Assembly (NCBI GenBank): GCA_016178585.1
Contig: JACOTA010000030.1
Location: forward strand, 5,776-69,775
Direction: 5' to 3'
Origin: Nitrospirota bacterium
GTDB taxonomy: Bacteria > Nitrospirota > Nitrospiria > JACQBW01
Length of the DNA stretch: 64,000 nt
Shown: piece by piece, positions 46,313 through 57,311 of the stretch
How the letters are laid out: the number at the start of each line of letters is the position of its first letter
How positions within the stretch are numbered: position 1 is the stretch's first letter
The notes under the pieces: generated by a model
What the model was told of the DNA's origin: nothing
What the model saw: only the letters and a program-made list of their open reading frames with translations
The model's database searches: none
Program-made: the position numbers and the translations under genes

Positions 46313-47568
46313 GATGCTTCCTTGATTCTCGCGATTTTAGCCCCAAGCGGGACAAGCTTTTCCTCCATTTTTTCGTACCCCCGGTCCAAATGGTAAATTC
46401 TGGAAATACAGGTTTCGCCTTCAGCCGCCAATCCGGCTAAAATCAGAGAAGCGCTGGCCCTCAGATCCGAAGCCATGACCTGGGCGCCGCTTAAACGGCT
46501 GAGCCCGCGAACCACAACCTGGTTACCGGTAATCCGCAAATCCGCTCCCATCCTTTTTAATTCGGCGACATGATTAAACCGGTTTTCAAAAATCATCTCG
46601 GTAATGATTGAGAACCCTCGGGCAATGGTCATTAAGGCCATCATCTGGGCCTGCAAATCTGTCGGAAAGCCTGGATAGGGGGTTGTTTTGAAATCCACCG
46701 ATTCAATTCCGGTTTTGGCTCTCACTCTAATTCCATCCTGATCTTCATCAACCTGGATTCCCGCCTCCTGGAGTTTAATCTGGACGGCTTTGAGATCGCG
46801 GGCACGGCCTTTTCTAATGAAAATATCTCCTCCCGTTATGGCGCCGGCGATCATGAATGTTCCGGCCTCAATCCGGTCGGGCATGATGGTATAATGAGCC
46901 CCTTGAAGATTTTGGACCCCATGAATCGTAATGGTTTCCGAACCCGCGCCGTGAATCGACGCGCCCCGCAAAGAAAGAAAATTGGCCAGATCAACAATTT
47001 CAGGTTCACAGGCGGCATTTTCCAGAATGGTTGTCCCCTCAGCCCGGGTCGCCGCCATCATGATGTTTTCGGTCCCTGTAACCGTCGGCGCGTCAAAAAC
47101 AATCTTGGCCCCTTTCAGTTTTTTTACCCTGGCTTTGATGTACCCCTGTTCAATTTTAACCTCGGTTCCCATCTTTTCCAGGGCAGAGAGGGTTAAATTT
47201 ACCGGCCTGGCGCCGATGGCACAGCCTCCGGGAAGCGAAACGGACGCTTCACCGCACTGGGCTAATAAAGGCCCCAGAACCAGAATAGAGGCGCGCATGG
47301 TCTTGACCATTTCGTAAGGAGCGTCCTGATGTTCAATATTTTTAAACTCGATAAAACATTGGTTATCCCGTTCTTCGATCCGGCCGCCCAGCCAGCGCAA
47401 CAGTTTTTTGATCGTGGAAATATCTCCCATTCTGGGAACGTTCGAAAAGACATTGACCCCTTCTCCCAATAAGGAAGACGCCAGGATCGGTAACGCAGCG
47501 TTTTTAGCCCCGCTAATCGTTACTTCCCCTTTAAGCGGAACACCCCCTGTGATCACCATTTGATCCAT
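46309..47568 (-). CDS. murA: UDP-N-acetylglucosamine 1-carboxyvinyltransferase
   Basis: 419 aa; [16 protein letters not shown], active-site loop [12 protein letters not shown] (Cys retained). Confidence 0.96.
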   Translation of the reverse strand: MDQMVITGGVPLKGEVTISGAKNAALPILASSLLGEGVNVFSNVPRMGDISTIKKLLRWLGGRIEERDNQCFIEFKNIEHQDAPYEMVKTMRASILVLGPLLAQCGEASVSLPGGCAIGARPVNLTLSALEKMGTEVKIEQGYIKARVKKLKGAKIVFDAPTVTGTENIMMAATRAEGTTILENAACEPEIVDLANFLSLRGASIHGAGSETITIHGVQNLQGAHYTIMPDRIEAGTFMIAGAITGGDIFIRKGRARDLKAVQIKLQEAGIQVDEDQDGIRVRAKTGIESVDFKTTPYPGFPTDLQAQMMALMTIARGFSIITEMIFENRFNHVAELKRMGADLRITGNQVVVRGLSRLSGAQVMASDLRASASLILAGLAAEGETCISRIYHLDRGYEKMEEKLVPLGAKIARIKEAS

Positions 47569-47605
47569 AAAGCCGTTTAGCCCCTGTAAAAATGAAAAGA
47601 ACGAT

Positions 47606-48517
47606 TTAAACCGGATCGTAGATCATCGTCATCACCCGATCAATGTCTTGCTCATCTCTGGTTACGTTAATAACTTTCAAAAAAGGGAACTTTTTTAAAA
47701 GATTTAGAATCGCCGCCTTTTGGTTGTATCCGATTTCCAAAATTAAAAAACCACCGCATTTTAACCACAACCCCGCTTCACTAAAAATTCTTTCATAAAC
47801 CTTTATTCCGCCCTCCCCTCCATCCAAAGCAACGCGGGGCTCAAACAATCTAACCGACGGTTCAATTTTATCCAGGTGCATATTCAAATAGGGCGGGTTG
47901 GAAACAATCATTTCAAACGAGTTCCTTAATTGAGCCGGTAAGGGTGAAAACAGATCCCCGGTTCTAAAATGGAGGGAGCGGGGGACGATACCCAGCGATT
48001 GCGCATTTTCCCTCGCATACGCGATCGCTTCCTCCGAAAAATCCAGGCCAAATCCTTGAACGGCCTCTTTACTTTCCAGTAAGAGAGAAATTCCGATACA
48101 CCCGCTTCCTGTTCCCAGGTCAATAAACGGGCCGATTTTTAAATAACGGAGGGCTTCCCGCACCAACAATTCAGTTTCCTGGCGGGGAATTAAAACCCCC
48201 TGGCCGACCTTAAAAGAGCGTTTTAAAAATTCCTGTTCCCCGGTCAGATATTGAAGGGGTTCGCCATTTCCCCTTCTTTCCAGAAGCGCATGAAACGCTT
48301 CCACGAGAGACGGGTCGGCAGAACCGGCATTCAGGTACAAATCAAGCCGGCGGCATTTCAATAAAGAGCCCAATAACCGCTCGGCCTGGAGACGAGGATT
48401 ATCACCGATGCCCAGGGATTGAAGATATTTCCCTCCGCTCCTCACGAGCGCGATAAACGTCTTGGGGGGAGAGGCATCTTCTAAAAGTTTATTCTCAGCG
48501 GCCAGGTTTCCGTTCAT
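47606..48517 (-). CDS. prmC: Release-factor glutamine N5-methyltransferase
   Basis: NPPY motif (IVSNPPY), SAM motif [10 protein letters not shown]. Start set at MNGNLAAE, which gives an ATGA overlap with the prfA stop; the track ORF starts at 48547. Confidence 0.9.
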   Translation of the reverse strand: MNGNLAAENKLLEDASPPKTFIALVRSGGKYLQSLGIGDNPRLQAERLLGSLLKCRRLDLYLNAGSADPSLVEAFHALLERRGNGEPLQYLTGEQEFLKRSFKVGQGVLIPRQETELLVREALRYLKIGPFIDLGTGSGCIGISLLLESKEAVQGFGLDFSEEAIAYARENAQSLGIVPRSLHFRTGDLFSPLPAQLRNSFEMIVSNPPYLNMHLDKIEPSVRLFEPRVALDGGEGGIKVYERIFSEAGLWLKCGGFLILEIGYNQKAAILNLLKKFPFLKVINVTRDEQDIDRVMTMIYDPV

Positions 48518-49602
48518 GCCGTTCTTAACTTCTCCGCGTTGTCCCATGCCGAAAGCGCATTAATCATTTCATCGATATCCCCTTCCAAAACCGACTCCAA
48601 TCGATGCAGGGTCAGACCCACCCGGTGATCTGTTATCCGATTTTGCGGAAAGTTATAGGTCCTGATTTTCTCGCTCCGCTCGCCTGTGCCAACCTGGCTT
48701 TTTCGGTTTTGCGCGATTTCGTTCTCCAGTTTTTCCTTTTCCATCTCCAGCAAACGGGAACGCAAAATTCTCATCCCTTTAATCCGGTTTTTGAGCTGGG
48801 ATCGTTCATCCTGACAACTCACAACGACCCCTGTCGGGATATGGGTAAGTCGAACGGCAGAATAGGTGGTATTCACACTTTGTCCCCCGGGTCCGGAGGA
48901 ACAAAAAGTATCGACCCGAAGATCTTTTTCATTAATCTTGATGTCAACCTCCTCAGCCTCCGGCAAAACGGCCACGGTCACCGTCGAAGTATGAATCCGC
49001 CCTCCCGCTTCAGTCGAGGGCACCCTTTGAACCCGATGGACACCGCTCTCGAATTTGAGCTTGCTGTAAACTCTTTTCCCTTCAATGGAAGCGACAATTT
49101 CCTTTATCCCTCCGATTCCGGTGAGATTGGAATTTAGAATCTCCAGTTTCCACTTTTGCGACTCCGCATATTTCGAATACATTCTGAACAAATTGGCGGC
49201 AAAAAGGGCTGCTTCTTCCCCTCCCGTCCCCGCGCGGATTTCAAGAAAGACGTTTTTCTCGTCGCGGGGGTCTTTGGGAACCATGAGACGTTTGATCTCT
49301 TCTTCAAGCCTTTCTTTTTCCTGATTCAAACTCTTGATTTCATTTAGCGTCATTTCTTTGAACTCCGCATCAAGCCCGGGATCGTTTAAAATGAGTTCCG
49401 CCTCTTCTTTCTGTTTTTGAATCTCTTTATACTGGTTAAAGTGAGACACAAGGGGCGATATTTCTTTTTGTTCCTTGCCGTATTTTTGAGACTCCTGCGG
49501 GTTTGCCAATACCTTGGGGTTACCTAAAAGCTTACGCAATTCGTCATAACGCTGACTTAAGTTTTCTAGTTTTTGCAGGATAACCGTTTCCGAAGTCGCC
49601 AT
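48514..49602 (-). CDS. prfA: Peptide chain release factor 1
   Basis: 362 aa; GGQ motif ([10 protein letters not shown]), RF1-type tripeptide region [11 protein letters not shown]. Confidence 0.96.
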   Translation of the reverse strand: MATSETVILQKLENLSQRYDELRKLLGNPKVLANPQESQKYGKEQKEISPLVSHFNQYKEIQKQKEEAELILNDPGLDAEFKEMTLNEIKSLNQEKERLEEEIKRLMVPKDPRDEKNVFLEIRAGTGGEEAALFAANLFRMYSKYAESQKWKLEILNSNLTGIGGIKEIVASIEGKRVYSKLKFESGVHRVQRVPSTEAGGRIHTSTVTVAVLPEAEEVDIKINEKDLRVDTFCSSGPGGQSVNTTYSAVRLTHIPTGVVVSCQDERSQLKNRIKGMRILRSRLLEMEKEKLENEIAQNRKSQVGTGERSEKIRTYNFPQNRITDHRVGLTLHRLESVLEGDIDEMINALSAWDNAEKLRTA

Positions 49603-49626
49603 AAACCCCTTTATCTATTAATGACA

Positions 49627-49668
49627 TAAAAAAAAACCCAACCTCAGCTATTCTGGCAGGGTCGGGTT
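49627..49668 (-). terminator. Rho-independent terminator after rpmE
   Basis: Minus strand AACCCGACC-16 nt-GGTTGGGTT followed by a run of 9-10 T, beginning about 25 nt after the rpmE stop. Confidence 0.6.
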
Positions 49669-49692
49669 TTAAAATAAAGCAATAAAAATGAA

Positions 49693-49893
49693 TTATTTTT
49701 TTGCGTATTTCTTTTTAAATCGTTCGACTCGACCCTCGGCATCAACAATTTTTTGAAGACCTGTAAAGAAGGGATGGCATGAGGAACAAATATCAAGATG
49801 AATTTCTTTTGCCGTTGACTTGGATTTAACCACCGCCCCGCAAGCACAAATAATCTGCGTTTCCTGATATGCTGGATGAATCTCCGTTTTCAT
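49693..49893 (-). CDS. rpmE: 50S ribosomal protein L31 (Zn-binding type)
   Basis: 66 aa; MKTEIHPAY..., CxC and [10 protein letters not shown] motifs. Confidence 0.95.
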   Translation of the reverse strand: MKTEIHPAYQETQIICACGAVVKSKSTAKEIHLDICSSCHPFFTGLQKIVDAEGRVERFKKKYAKK

Positions 49894-50063
49894 AACTGAC
49901 CTTTCTTTCTATTATAATGGGGGACCCGTGCGGCTAAAATAAGATTGTCCTCCGATGCCCCCATGCCCCTCGCTTGAACAGGCAAAGCCTGTTCTTCGCT
50001 CTATCTTATGGGGTGAACTGTAAAAATGGAATAATATCACAAAATAATCTAGACTTTCAATTC

Positions 50064-51311
50064 CTATTTATGCATCGATTCCAGAAATTCCTTGTTCGTT
50101 TTTGTCCCTTTAATTTTATCCATCAAAAACTCCATGCTTTCAATAGATCCCAGCGGACTTAACACCTTTCTTAAGATCCACATTTTATTCAAATCTTCTT
50201 TATCAACAAGAAGCTCTTCCTTGCGGGTTCCGGATAAATTAATGTCGATCGCCGGGAAAATACGTTTATCGGCAAGTTTCCGTTCCAGGTGAAGCTCCAT
50301 GTTGCCCGTTCCTTTGAATTCTTCAAAGATGACGTCATCCATCCGGCTTCCCGTATCGATCAATGCGGTCGCAATAATCGTCAGACTCCCGCCGTTTTCA
50401 ATATTCCGGGCGGATCCAAAAAAACGTTTGGGCCGCTGGAGCGCGTTGGCATCCAAACCTCCGGATAAAACCTTTCCGCTGGGGGGGACAACCTGATTAA
50501 ACGCACGAGCCAGGCGCGTAATACTATCCAAAAGGATCACTACGTTTCGTTTATGCTCAACTAACCTTTTTGCTTTTTCAAGAACCATTTCGGCAACCTG
50601 GACATGCCTCTGGGCCGGTTCGTCAAAGGTGGAACTCACCACCTCCCCTTTAACCTGCCGCTGCATGTCGGTCACCTCTTCCGGCCGTTCGTCAATGAGT
50701 AGAACGATCAAGGTCACGTCCTTATGATTCTTCGTGATGGACTTGGCAATCGCCTGAAGCAGCATCGTCTTTCCGGTTCTGGGAGGAGCCACAATCAAAC
50801 CTCTCTGCCCCATCCCGATCGGCGTGATTAAATCGATGATTCGGGTTGAATAATCATCGACGCTGGATTCAAGCTTAATCCGTTCCATCGGATAAATCGG
50901 AGTCAGGTTGTCAAAAAGGATTTTATCCCTGGCGACCTCAGGATCCTCAAAATTGATCGTTTCGACTTTTAAAAGGGCAAAATAGCGTTCCCCTTCCTTC
51001 GGAGGACGGACATTTCCAGAAACAATGTCGCCAGTTCTTAAATTAAACCGGCGGATCTGTGAAGGTGAAACATAGATGTCATCGGGACCCGGAAGATAGT
51101 TATAATCGGGAGACCGTAAAAATCCAAACCCGTCAGGAAGGGTTTCGAGAACGCCCTCGCCAAAGATTGTTCCGTTTTTTTCAGATTGAGCCTGAAGGAT
51201 CGCAAAGATCAATTCCTGCTTTCTCAAATTACTTGCTCCCTCAATTTTGAGCTCCTTGGCGACATCATTGAGTTCTGCAATTGCTTTTTCTTTTAATTCA
51301 GCCAGATTCAT
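50064..51311 (-). CDS. rho: Transcription termination factor Rho
   Basis: 415 aa; N-terminal insertion-free form, RNP1-like GFGFLR, Walker A PPRTGKT, RecA-type core. Confidence 0.97.
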   Translation of the reverse strand: MNLAELKEKAIAELNDVAKELKIEGASNLRKQELIFAILQAQSEKNGTIFGEGVLETLPDGFGFLRSPDYNYLPGPDDIYVSPSQIRRFNLRTGDIVSGNVRPPKEGERYFALLKVETINFEDPEVARDKILFDNLTPIYPMERIKLESSVDDYSTRIIDLITPIGMGQRGLIVAPPRTGKTMLLQAIAKSITKNHKDVTLIVLLIDERPEEVTDMQRQVKGEVVSSTFDEPAQRHVQVAEMVLEKAKRLVEHKRNVVILLDSITRLARAFNQVVPPSGKVLSGGLDANALQRPKRFFGSARNIENGGSLTIIATALIDTGSRMDDVIFEEFKGTGNMELHLERKLADKRIFPAIDINLSGTRKEELLVDKEDLNKMWILRKVLSPLGSIESMEFLMDKIKGTKTNKEFLESMHK

Positions 51312-51731
51312 ATAAAAATCTCCCTTAAAGTTTGGCTACTAGACCGGTCTTTCTTTCCTTTTCTGCTTAAAATATCAGGATAAAACGAAAAACCGCCCGC
51401 TTGTAAAAAATGGTTAACAAAAGTTTTATGATCAATAGAAATGGAACAACCGGTATTTACAGGGTTGAAAAATGAGCATTTTTGGGCTAATTGGATTTGC
51501 ACTCGCCGCAAAACAGACTTTAAATTGCCAATTAAACAAGATGGTTGTACAAAATTAAGTTTCTTTGTAGTAACATGATTTCTTTTTAGAGAAGCCGCTT
51601 ACGGGGATTAATCCGGTGAATACCTTAAATTACTGGAACTGGTTAGAAGAAAATAAAACGAGGCTGTGAGTCATTCGATCAAATTCTTATTGTTATTATA
51701 GCCAAGAGTTCTATTCTTGTCAACTTTTTTA

Positions 51732-51755
51732 ATCCTGTTTCTTAAGAAACAGGAT
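51732..51755. promoter_or_regulatory. Perfect 24-bp palindrome upstream of the Spy/CpxP-like gene
   Basis: ATCCTGTTTCTT|AAGAAACAGGAT, 80 nt upstream of the ATG at 51837, flanked by T-runs; candidate operator or bidirectional hairpin. Confidence 0.4.
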
Positions 51756-51836
51756 GATTTGATTTTTCAGTGAAATTGGAGTAATCTTTTTTCGGTATTT
51801 TAAAACCTCATCTCATGAAAGGTAGGAAGATTTGAT

Positions 51837-52376
51837 ATGAAGAACTTTTTTAAAATCCTGTCCGCGGTTTTGGTTTTATTGTTTTCCCTTGCTTCTCCAG
51901 GCAACGCTCAACCCGATTCATACGCCGGCCGGCCTGATATGGGAAACCACCCCATGATGCCTCCTTATGGAACGGATCATCCAATGGAGCGTTCAGGACC
52001 TCATGGATATAACATGGGCTATTTGATGAAACCTCACAATGCCGCCATCCACTTTCTTCAAATGAAAGATGCTCTGGAATTGAGTGAAAAGCAGGTGAAC
52101 GATCTAAAAACCCTCAGGGATGCTTACCGCGCGGAAAACGGACTGAATGAAGCCAAACTAAAAACAGCGGAGCAGGAATTAAGAGAGATCATGGAGGAAG
52201 ACACAATCAATCTGGAAAAAGCGGAAGCTAAACTCAAAGAAATCGGCGCCCTTGAAGGACCTTTATGGTCAAGTTTCGTCCGACAGCTGGCAAAAATCAA
52301 GACACTTGTTCCCAAAGAACAGATGAAGAAGATGCATGAGATGAAGCGGTCGCATCCCATGATGGAGATGGAATAG
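51837..52376 (+). CDS. Periplasmic Spy/CpxP/ZraP-family protein with Met/His-rich termini
   Basis: 179 aa; signal peptide ending SPGNA-QP, LTXXQ-like repeats (LSEKQ and a second KEQ region), HPMMPP/HPME/HPMMEME clusters. Confidence 0.75.
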   Translation: MKNFFKILSAVLVLLFSLASPGNAQPDSYAGRPDMGNHPMMPPYGTDHPMERSGPHGYNMGYLMKPHNAAIHFLQMKDALELSEKQVNDLKTLRDAYRAENGLNEAKLKTAEQELREIMEEDTINLEKAEAKLKEIGALEGPLWSSFVRQLAKIKTLVPKEQMKKMHEMKRSHPMMEME

Positions 52377-52384
52377 CTTTTTAA

Positions 52385-53581
52385 CTACCTTAAATCTTTT
52401 TCGATTCTGTCGACGAATCGGTTAATCCCCGCGTTAAAGAGGGGTTCTGGGGGAAGAAGGCTTAGAATCAAACAGGCCTCCCGTGTAAAATCGTAAAAAT
52501 GTCCCGGATGAACCAGAACCCCTTCTTTTTGCAACATTCTCACTGCCCATTCATCGTCTGTCCGGATTTGGGGCAATTTTAAAACGGCATACCATCCCCC
52601 TTCCGCATTAAAGCAGACACAACCCGGTATTTTTTTTAATTGTCGGATTAAGAAACGACGGTTTGAAAGAATCCGATGCATGACTTGGGATTGGATCAAT
52701 AGCCGATTTTCAAAAATTTTCTTTAAACCATTCTGTACAGGAGTATTGATAGACAGATAGGTATCGGCAATCACTTCCAACCTGTCGACGGCCCTTTGAA
52801 CCTCTCCCTTGGGTCCGGTAATGACAATCCAGGCTAATTTCATCTGGGGCAACCCCGCCACCTTGGATAGACCGTTTAACGTAAAGGTTAACGACCTGGC
52901 GTTTGCAGAAAAACTTTTAGGGAGAGCTTGGCCCCCGGGATAAAGATAATCAAAAAAGACTTCATCAGCAATGATCGGAAGGCGATGTTTCTTGGCCATC
53001 GAAATGAGCCTGTTCCGGTCCTCTGAATCTGCATAAGATCCTGTTGGATTATTGGGATGGACGATTAAAATTCCCCTCGTTCTCGAATGGATCGCTCCGG
53101 ACAGAGAATCAAAATCTATTTTCCAATGTAAACTTTCATAACTGAGATCAAAAAAATCGACGTCGATATCGTTTAGCTGGCTCAAATAGCCAATTAACGG
53201 ATAGCTGGGGCGTGGAACCAAAAGATGGTCGCCGCTATCGAAAAGAAGACGAAACAGGTAATGGTAAGCTTCACTCGTACTGGCTGTCAGAAAAACCTGT
53301 GTTGGATCTAATTTCACCCCTTTCAGATGATAATAGTTCAAAACCGCTTTTCGAGCTTCGAGACTTCCTCTGGGGTTCGGATCATATTTAAGATTGAGTG
53401 GATCTAAGAAAATCCTCAATAAATCAGGAGGATAGGTAAATTGACATCGAATCGGGTTGGACTCGGTTAGATCAATGATCCGCGCTCCCGCCCCCTGCTT
53501 GCGCATGAATGTTTTTGATAATCGGTTCTGCTTTTGGCTGAAATTCGACCGGGCTGAGAACATAGAAAGGCATTTTAACAT
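52385..53581 (-). CDS. Class I/II pyridoxal-phosphate-dependent aminotransferase
   Basis: 398 aa; DLTESNP N-terminal motif, NPNNPTG, LNGLSKVAGLPQMKL (PLP-lysine region). The start may be MFSARSN (53563). Specificity is unknown and it is not assignable to hisC. Confidence 0.85.
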   Translation of the reverse strand: MLKCLSMFSARSNFSQKQNRLSKTFMRKQGAGARIIDLTESNPIRCQFTYPPDLLRIFLDPLNLKYDPNPRGSLEARKAVLNYYHLKGVKLDPTQVFLTASTSEAYHYLFRLLFDSGDHLLVPRPSYPLIGYLSQLNDIDVDFFDLSYESLHWKIDFDSLSGAIHSRTRGILIVHPNNPTGSYADSEDRNRLISMAKKHRLPIIADEVFFDYLYPGGQALPKSFSANARSLTFTLNGLSKVAGLPQMKLAWIVITGPKGEVQRAVDRLEVIADTYLSINTPVQNGLKKIFENRLLIQSQVMHRILSNRRFLIRQLKKIPGCVCFNAEGGWYAVLKLPQIRTDDEWAVRMLQKEGVLVHPGHFYDFTREACLILSLLPPEPLFNAGINRFVDRIEKDLR

Positions 53582-53625
53582 GATTTTTATAGAAATTACG
53601 TTAGAATATAGAAAAGGACTCGACG

Positions 53626-54015
53626 ATGAAATCCAAAAAGAGAAAGAAGATTGTCACTGCTTTATTATTATTAATCCTTCTGGGGTGCGGAAGTAAAAGT
53701 GATTCAAGCGGCGTAAGTTTTGTTTCAATTGATGTGAGCCCGCCGAGTCCAAGCATTATCTCATTCCCATACACTCAACAGTTTACGGCAATTGCCAGAG
53801 ATAGTAGTGGAAACGGAGTTTCAGGAGTCGTTTTTACCTGGAGTGATTCTGGACCAGCATCCTGCATTGATCAGAAAACGGGGTTGGCTTCAGCAAAGCA
53901 GACTTTTGGAACGGATACCATTACAGCAACGGCAGGTAATATTGCAGGGTCTACCCCTCTATTCATTAATATACAAGGCTCCCCTCCTCCGCCTCCTCCA
54001 CCTAATTGTCTTTAA
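53626..54015 (+). CDS. Small lipoprotein with a bacterial Ig-like (Big_2-type) domain and a poly-Pro tail
   Basis: 129 aa; lipobox LLGC, IDVSP...FTAIARDSSGN...FTWS pattern, C-terminal PPPPPPPNCL. Confidence 0.7.
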   Translation: MKSKKRKKIVTALLLLILLGCGSKSDSSGVSFVSIDVSPPSPSIISFPYTQQFTAIARDSSGNGVSGVVFTWSDSGPASCIDQKTGLASAKQTFGTDTITATAGNIAGSTPLFINIQGSPPPPPPPNCL

Positions 54016-54017
54016 AA

Positions 54018-57000
54018 TCACCGGGTATTATCCAGTCCAATCGCTTCAGGCAGATTGAGTTGATAAACACCGCCGGTACCGGAAGGGCTTGAAACAAAAG
54101 CGCCTGAAATAAAAGCCTGCCCGTTGACTGAGGAGGCCTGATTGAGAATCAGGAGAGAAGAATACATTTGATACAAACCCAGATCCGACAAATAGAGTTG
54201 ATCTGATGAAAAATCAATGACAATCGAAGAAGGGGCGTCAATCGAATGAAGAATATCAGCCGTATTATAAATTGTCCGATCAGGGGCGATATTACAGTTA
54301 TTCGTTCCCGCGTTGACAATACAACTCTGGGGCTGGTTAAAAACTAAAACATCATGATAACCTTGATTGGCAATATAAAGCTGGTTTTTTGCGGAATCCA
54401 TAAAAAGACCTGCAGGCGTAAAAAGGGAGGTTTGGTCTCCCTGAATTATTTTTGTCGCCGGCACCGATCCCGACAGCGTACTGGAATAACTAAACGACAC
54501 TAAAGACCCCGGGCTGGAAAAACTTGACTGGCCGCGGTTTGAAACAAACAAAATGTCTCTTGGCTGATTGTTAGGGCCCAATCCCTCGTCTACCCATATT
54601 CCTGCCGGATTATCAAAATCCGCGCTATGGATCACCCGGACTCCACCGGGAATTAAATCCATATCGCAAAAGATTGTATTTGCCGGGCATAATGACACAT
54701 CAAAAACCAATACGGCAAACATGCCTGCAAAGACTCCGGCCGGATCTTTTCTGGAATTCACCACATAAACCCATTCACGCGACTGGCTGGAATCGACAAA
54801 AATTCCAAAAGGGTTTTGAATCGCCGAACTGGTCATTATTTTATAAATAGAAGGATAGGCATTGCCGCTTAACGTACTGACCCCGTCCAATACCACAATC
54901 GAATTGTTAAAAAAGGCACTGATATAGAGACGGTCTTTTTGAGTTCCATTGATATCCTTAGAATTATTCAGGAAAAGTCCGGAAGGGGCTGAAATCGAAG
55001 AACTAATCAGTCGTTGGGGAGGAAATGAGCATTGAAAAGGAGGAAAGGTTCCGGAACATTGACTAAAATTTGCAGCGAGTTGATCAAAAAATAAAATTTG
55101 ATCCCATCCTGAATTGGCCACATAGAGATTATCGACACCGGCAGAATCACTCACTGCAATCCCCACCGGTTTTCGGATTTCGTTATTAAATCCATGGAGG
55201 ATTTCATTGGGCGAGGTATTATAAGAAACAGTCGTGGCGCTAAATAAGGGATTTGGCGAAAAGATACTGACATTATTATAAGAATAATCCGAAATGTAAA
55301 GTGACGGCATGCTGCTGTTTAAGCTATTGGTCATCGCCATCGTTACAGGCCAGAGGAGCCCTGTATTCGATCCGGCCAGATACTGAGCCGCAGGAGAAGA
55401 GGGAGGAGGACTGATCGTGCACGGGTTTGAAATTCCTGGAATAGACTGCGGCCCAGGCATGATCAAACTTACGTTACAGATGGCTACAATTCCAGGATAG
55501 GCGTTTAACGGTCCCAGACTGGCGCCCGGATTGGCAATATAAAGCGTATCCATCGGGCTATCGAGCCACAAACCGGAGGGCGAATTAAATCCTGAGATTG
55601 TTTTATACGCAGAATAAGTGCCGGGAAAGCTTTTCAGAATTGAGCCGGCGCCGTTATCGTTAAAAACTGCGACGGTTGAACCGGGAACAACCGGAGTGAT
55701 ATTCCCGGTATTGGAGTCTATGACCCGGAACGATTTAATATAGTTGGAAACGTATAAAAATTGCTTAACCGGATCAAATGCAATTCCAAAGGGGTTTGTT
55801 AAATCAGGACTTGTAAAATTGGCGCGCGGTGTGACCGAACAGGTTTGACTACCTAAAACTAACGTCTTCTGGCAGGATGACCATACGTTATCATAAATCG
55901 TTACGGAACTACCCACAAAATTGGCGACGTACAGAGTATCTCTTCTCTTCCCTGAACTATCCAGAGAATTATCGAGAAACACCCCGACAGGACCATTTAA
56001 CCCGCTATTAACCAGCGTCCAGTCGGGCAACTGGTCTTTTCCCGGCAGGGTTGGAGTATTATTGTATACTGCGATCTTGCTGCTTCCAGGCTGGCAGACA
56101 ACTGGATCCAGGGATTCAACCAAACTATAAAGGGAAACCGTTTTACAGGTGGAAATAAACAGCCGGTTGTTTACCTGATCATAAAATATTCCATAGGGAT
56201 CAACGATATTGTTCAGAGAAGCTTTAATAGAACGGACAGTCGTCGCGGTCGAACTGCTTAATTTTGAAGGGTGATCGAAAGCCAGAATCTCGTTATTGCC
56301 GAAGTTGGCAACATATAATTTTCCGCCCCTGGTCTTTCCATTGACCACGACTGTGTTGGTGTCCCGGTTACCGGCAAGATCCTCAACCCTGACGATAAAA
56401 TAATAAGTTGTTTCCGGCTTAAGTGATTTGACAACATAAAAAAAGTTTCCATTAGAATCGGTCGAGACGGTAGAACTTGATAATACGGGGGCATATCGGG
56501 TTTGACAGACAAAGGCATTGGTCGCATAACAAATTGAAAAAATGAGCTGGTCGGACGGCGTTCCTCCTGGATTGTCTGTTGCCGGACCCCACGTTAATTT
56601 AATGGACCCCATATCCACACCCTGGGCAGCGCTGAGGCCATTAAACGCCGGAGGTGTAAAATCGGCTGAGTTATTCGTTTTAAATGACCAGGTATTTAAA
56701 CCGGTTTGAGCGTCTCCAGCCTGGCTTTTAATCCCTGCCCCTAACGCTACGGTATAGGTGGCGTCAGGATTTAAAAAAACCGGGGGCGTTTGTGAATAAC
56801 TTAAAGGCGTAAGGATCAAAACAAAAGTCCCGCTTCCCGGAAAAGGGGTGTAGTCCAATTTGCAAGGGACCTTGTTTCCGGAAGAATCCATTAATAAAAA
56901 AAGATCGGGATGAATAGATTGAGGATCAAGAGGAGACTGGAAAACGGCTCGTATCGTCGTATTGATCGGAACCCGACGAAAATTATTCGCGGGAAATGGG

Positions 57001-57122
57001 GAAAAGCTCAGCTCCGACGGCTCGGATTTTCCCCCTTTCAGGTCACAACCAACGATGAACAAAACAAAAGAAAAAACGATTAAAATTGGGATTTTAGCCC
57101 AGTTGTCAAAGGTATAAATCAA
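54018..57122 (-). CDS. 1034-aa lipoprotein: SbsA-type Ig domain, FN3-like domain and about 12 beta-propeller blades
   Basis: Lipobox FIVGC. N-terminal Ig-like segment, then a TWGPATDNPGG...YYFIVRVEDLAGN FN3-like segment. Twelve recurrences of the blade motif (D/N)xLY(V/I)(A/S)(N/D)xxxxx(V/I)xx(F/Y)(D/N). TTG start with GGAG upstream. Confidence 0.8.
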   Translation of the reverse strand: MIYTFDNWAKIPILIVFSFVLFIVGCDLKGGKSEPSELSFSPFPANNFRRVPINTTIRAVFQSPLDPQSIHPDLFLLMDSSGNKVPCKLDYTPFPGSGTFVLILTPLSYSQTPPVFLNPDATYTVALGAGIKSQAGDAQTGLNTWSFKTNNSADFTPPAFNGLSAAQGVDMGSIKLTWGPATDNPGGTPSDQLIFSICYATNAFVCQTRYAPVLSSSTVSTDSNGNFFYVVKSLKPETTYYFIVRVEDLAGNRDTNTVVVNGKTRGGKLYVANFGNNEILAFDHPSKLSSSTATTVRSIKASLNNIVDPYGIFYDQVNNRLFISTCKTVSLYSLVESLDPVVCQPGSSKIAVYNNTPTLPGKDQLPDWTLVNSGLNGPVGVFLDNSLDSSGKRRDTLYVANFVGSSVTIYDNVWSSCQKTLVLGSQTCSVTPRANFTSPDLTNPFGIAFDPVKQFLYVSNYIKSFRVIDSNTGNITPVVPGSTVAVFNDNGAGSILKSFPGTYSAYKTISGFNSPSGLWLDSPMDTLYIANPGASLGPLNAYPGIVAICNVSLIMPGPQSIPGISNPCTISPPPSSPAAQYLAGSNTGLLWPVTMAMTNSLNSSMPSLYISDYSYNNVSIFSPNPLFSATTVSYNTSPNEILHGFNNEIRKPVGIAVSDSAGVDNLYVANSGWDQILFFDQLAANFSQCSGTFPPFQCSFPPQRLISSSISAPSGLFLNNSKDINGTQKDRLYISAFFNNSIVVLDGVSTLSGNAYPSIYKIMTSSAIQNPFGIFVDSSQSREWVYVVNSRKDPAGVFAGMFAVLVFDVSLCPANTIFCDMDLIPGGVRVIHSADFDNPAGIWVDEGLGPNNQPRDILFVSNRGQSSFSSPGSLVSFSYSSTLSGSVPATKIIQGDQTSLFTPAGLFMDSAKNQLYIANQGYHDVLVFNQPQSCIVNAGTNNCNIAPDRTIYNTADILHSIDAPSSIVIDFSSDQLYLSDLGLYQMYSSLLILNQASSVNGQAFISGAFVSSPSGTGGVYQLNLPEAIGLDNTR

Positions 57123-57311
57123 CTACTCCTTCTAGAAAAAATTTCCGTCCTTCTTAAGGAAAGCAAAACTCGTACCACAGGCATTCAGTTTCAACTCTTA
57201 AAATAGTCTATTTTTCAATTAGATAGATCGAGAAGAGATCTTTTCAAAAAAACTTTGACAAAAGAAGGAGACTTTTTTACATACAGTCAACCCTTCTGTT
57301 CCTATAAAACC

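Noticed and set aside
49975-49995. Hairpin GAACAGG-CAAAG-CCTGTTC between rho and rpmE as the rho terminator
   Set aside because: The stem is only 7 bp and there is no U-run on the minus strand. It may be structural or a weak terminator, but the evidence is insufficient to annotate it.
51312-51731. A riboswitch or small RNA in the 525-bp rho-upstream spacer
   Set aside because: I recognise no conserved riboswitch core or obvious promoter-terminator pair apart from the palindrome, which is reported separately. The long spacer is compatible with a Rho autoregulatory leader.
52385-53581. Calling the aminotransferase hisC (the missing his gene)
   Set aside because: It lies 6 kb from the his cluster on the far side of rho, and its N-terminal DLTESNP pattern is that of a broad COG0436-type family. 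Specificity cannot be assigned by eye.
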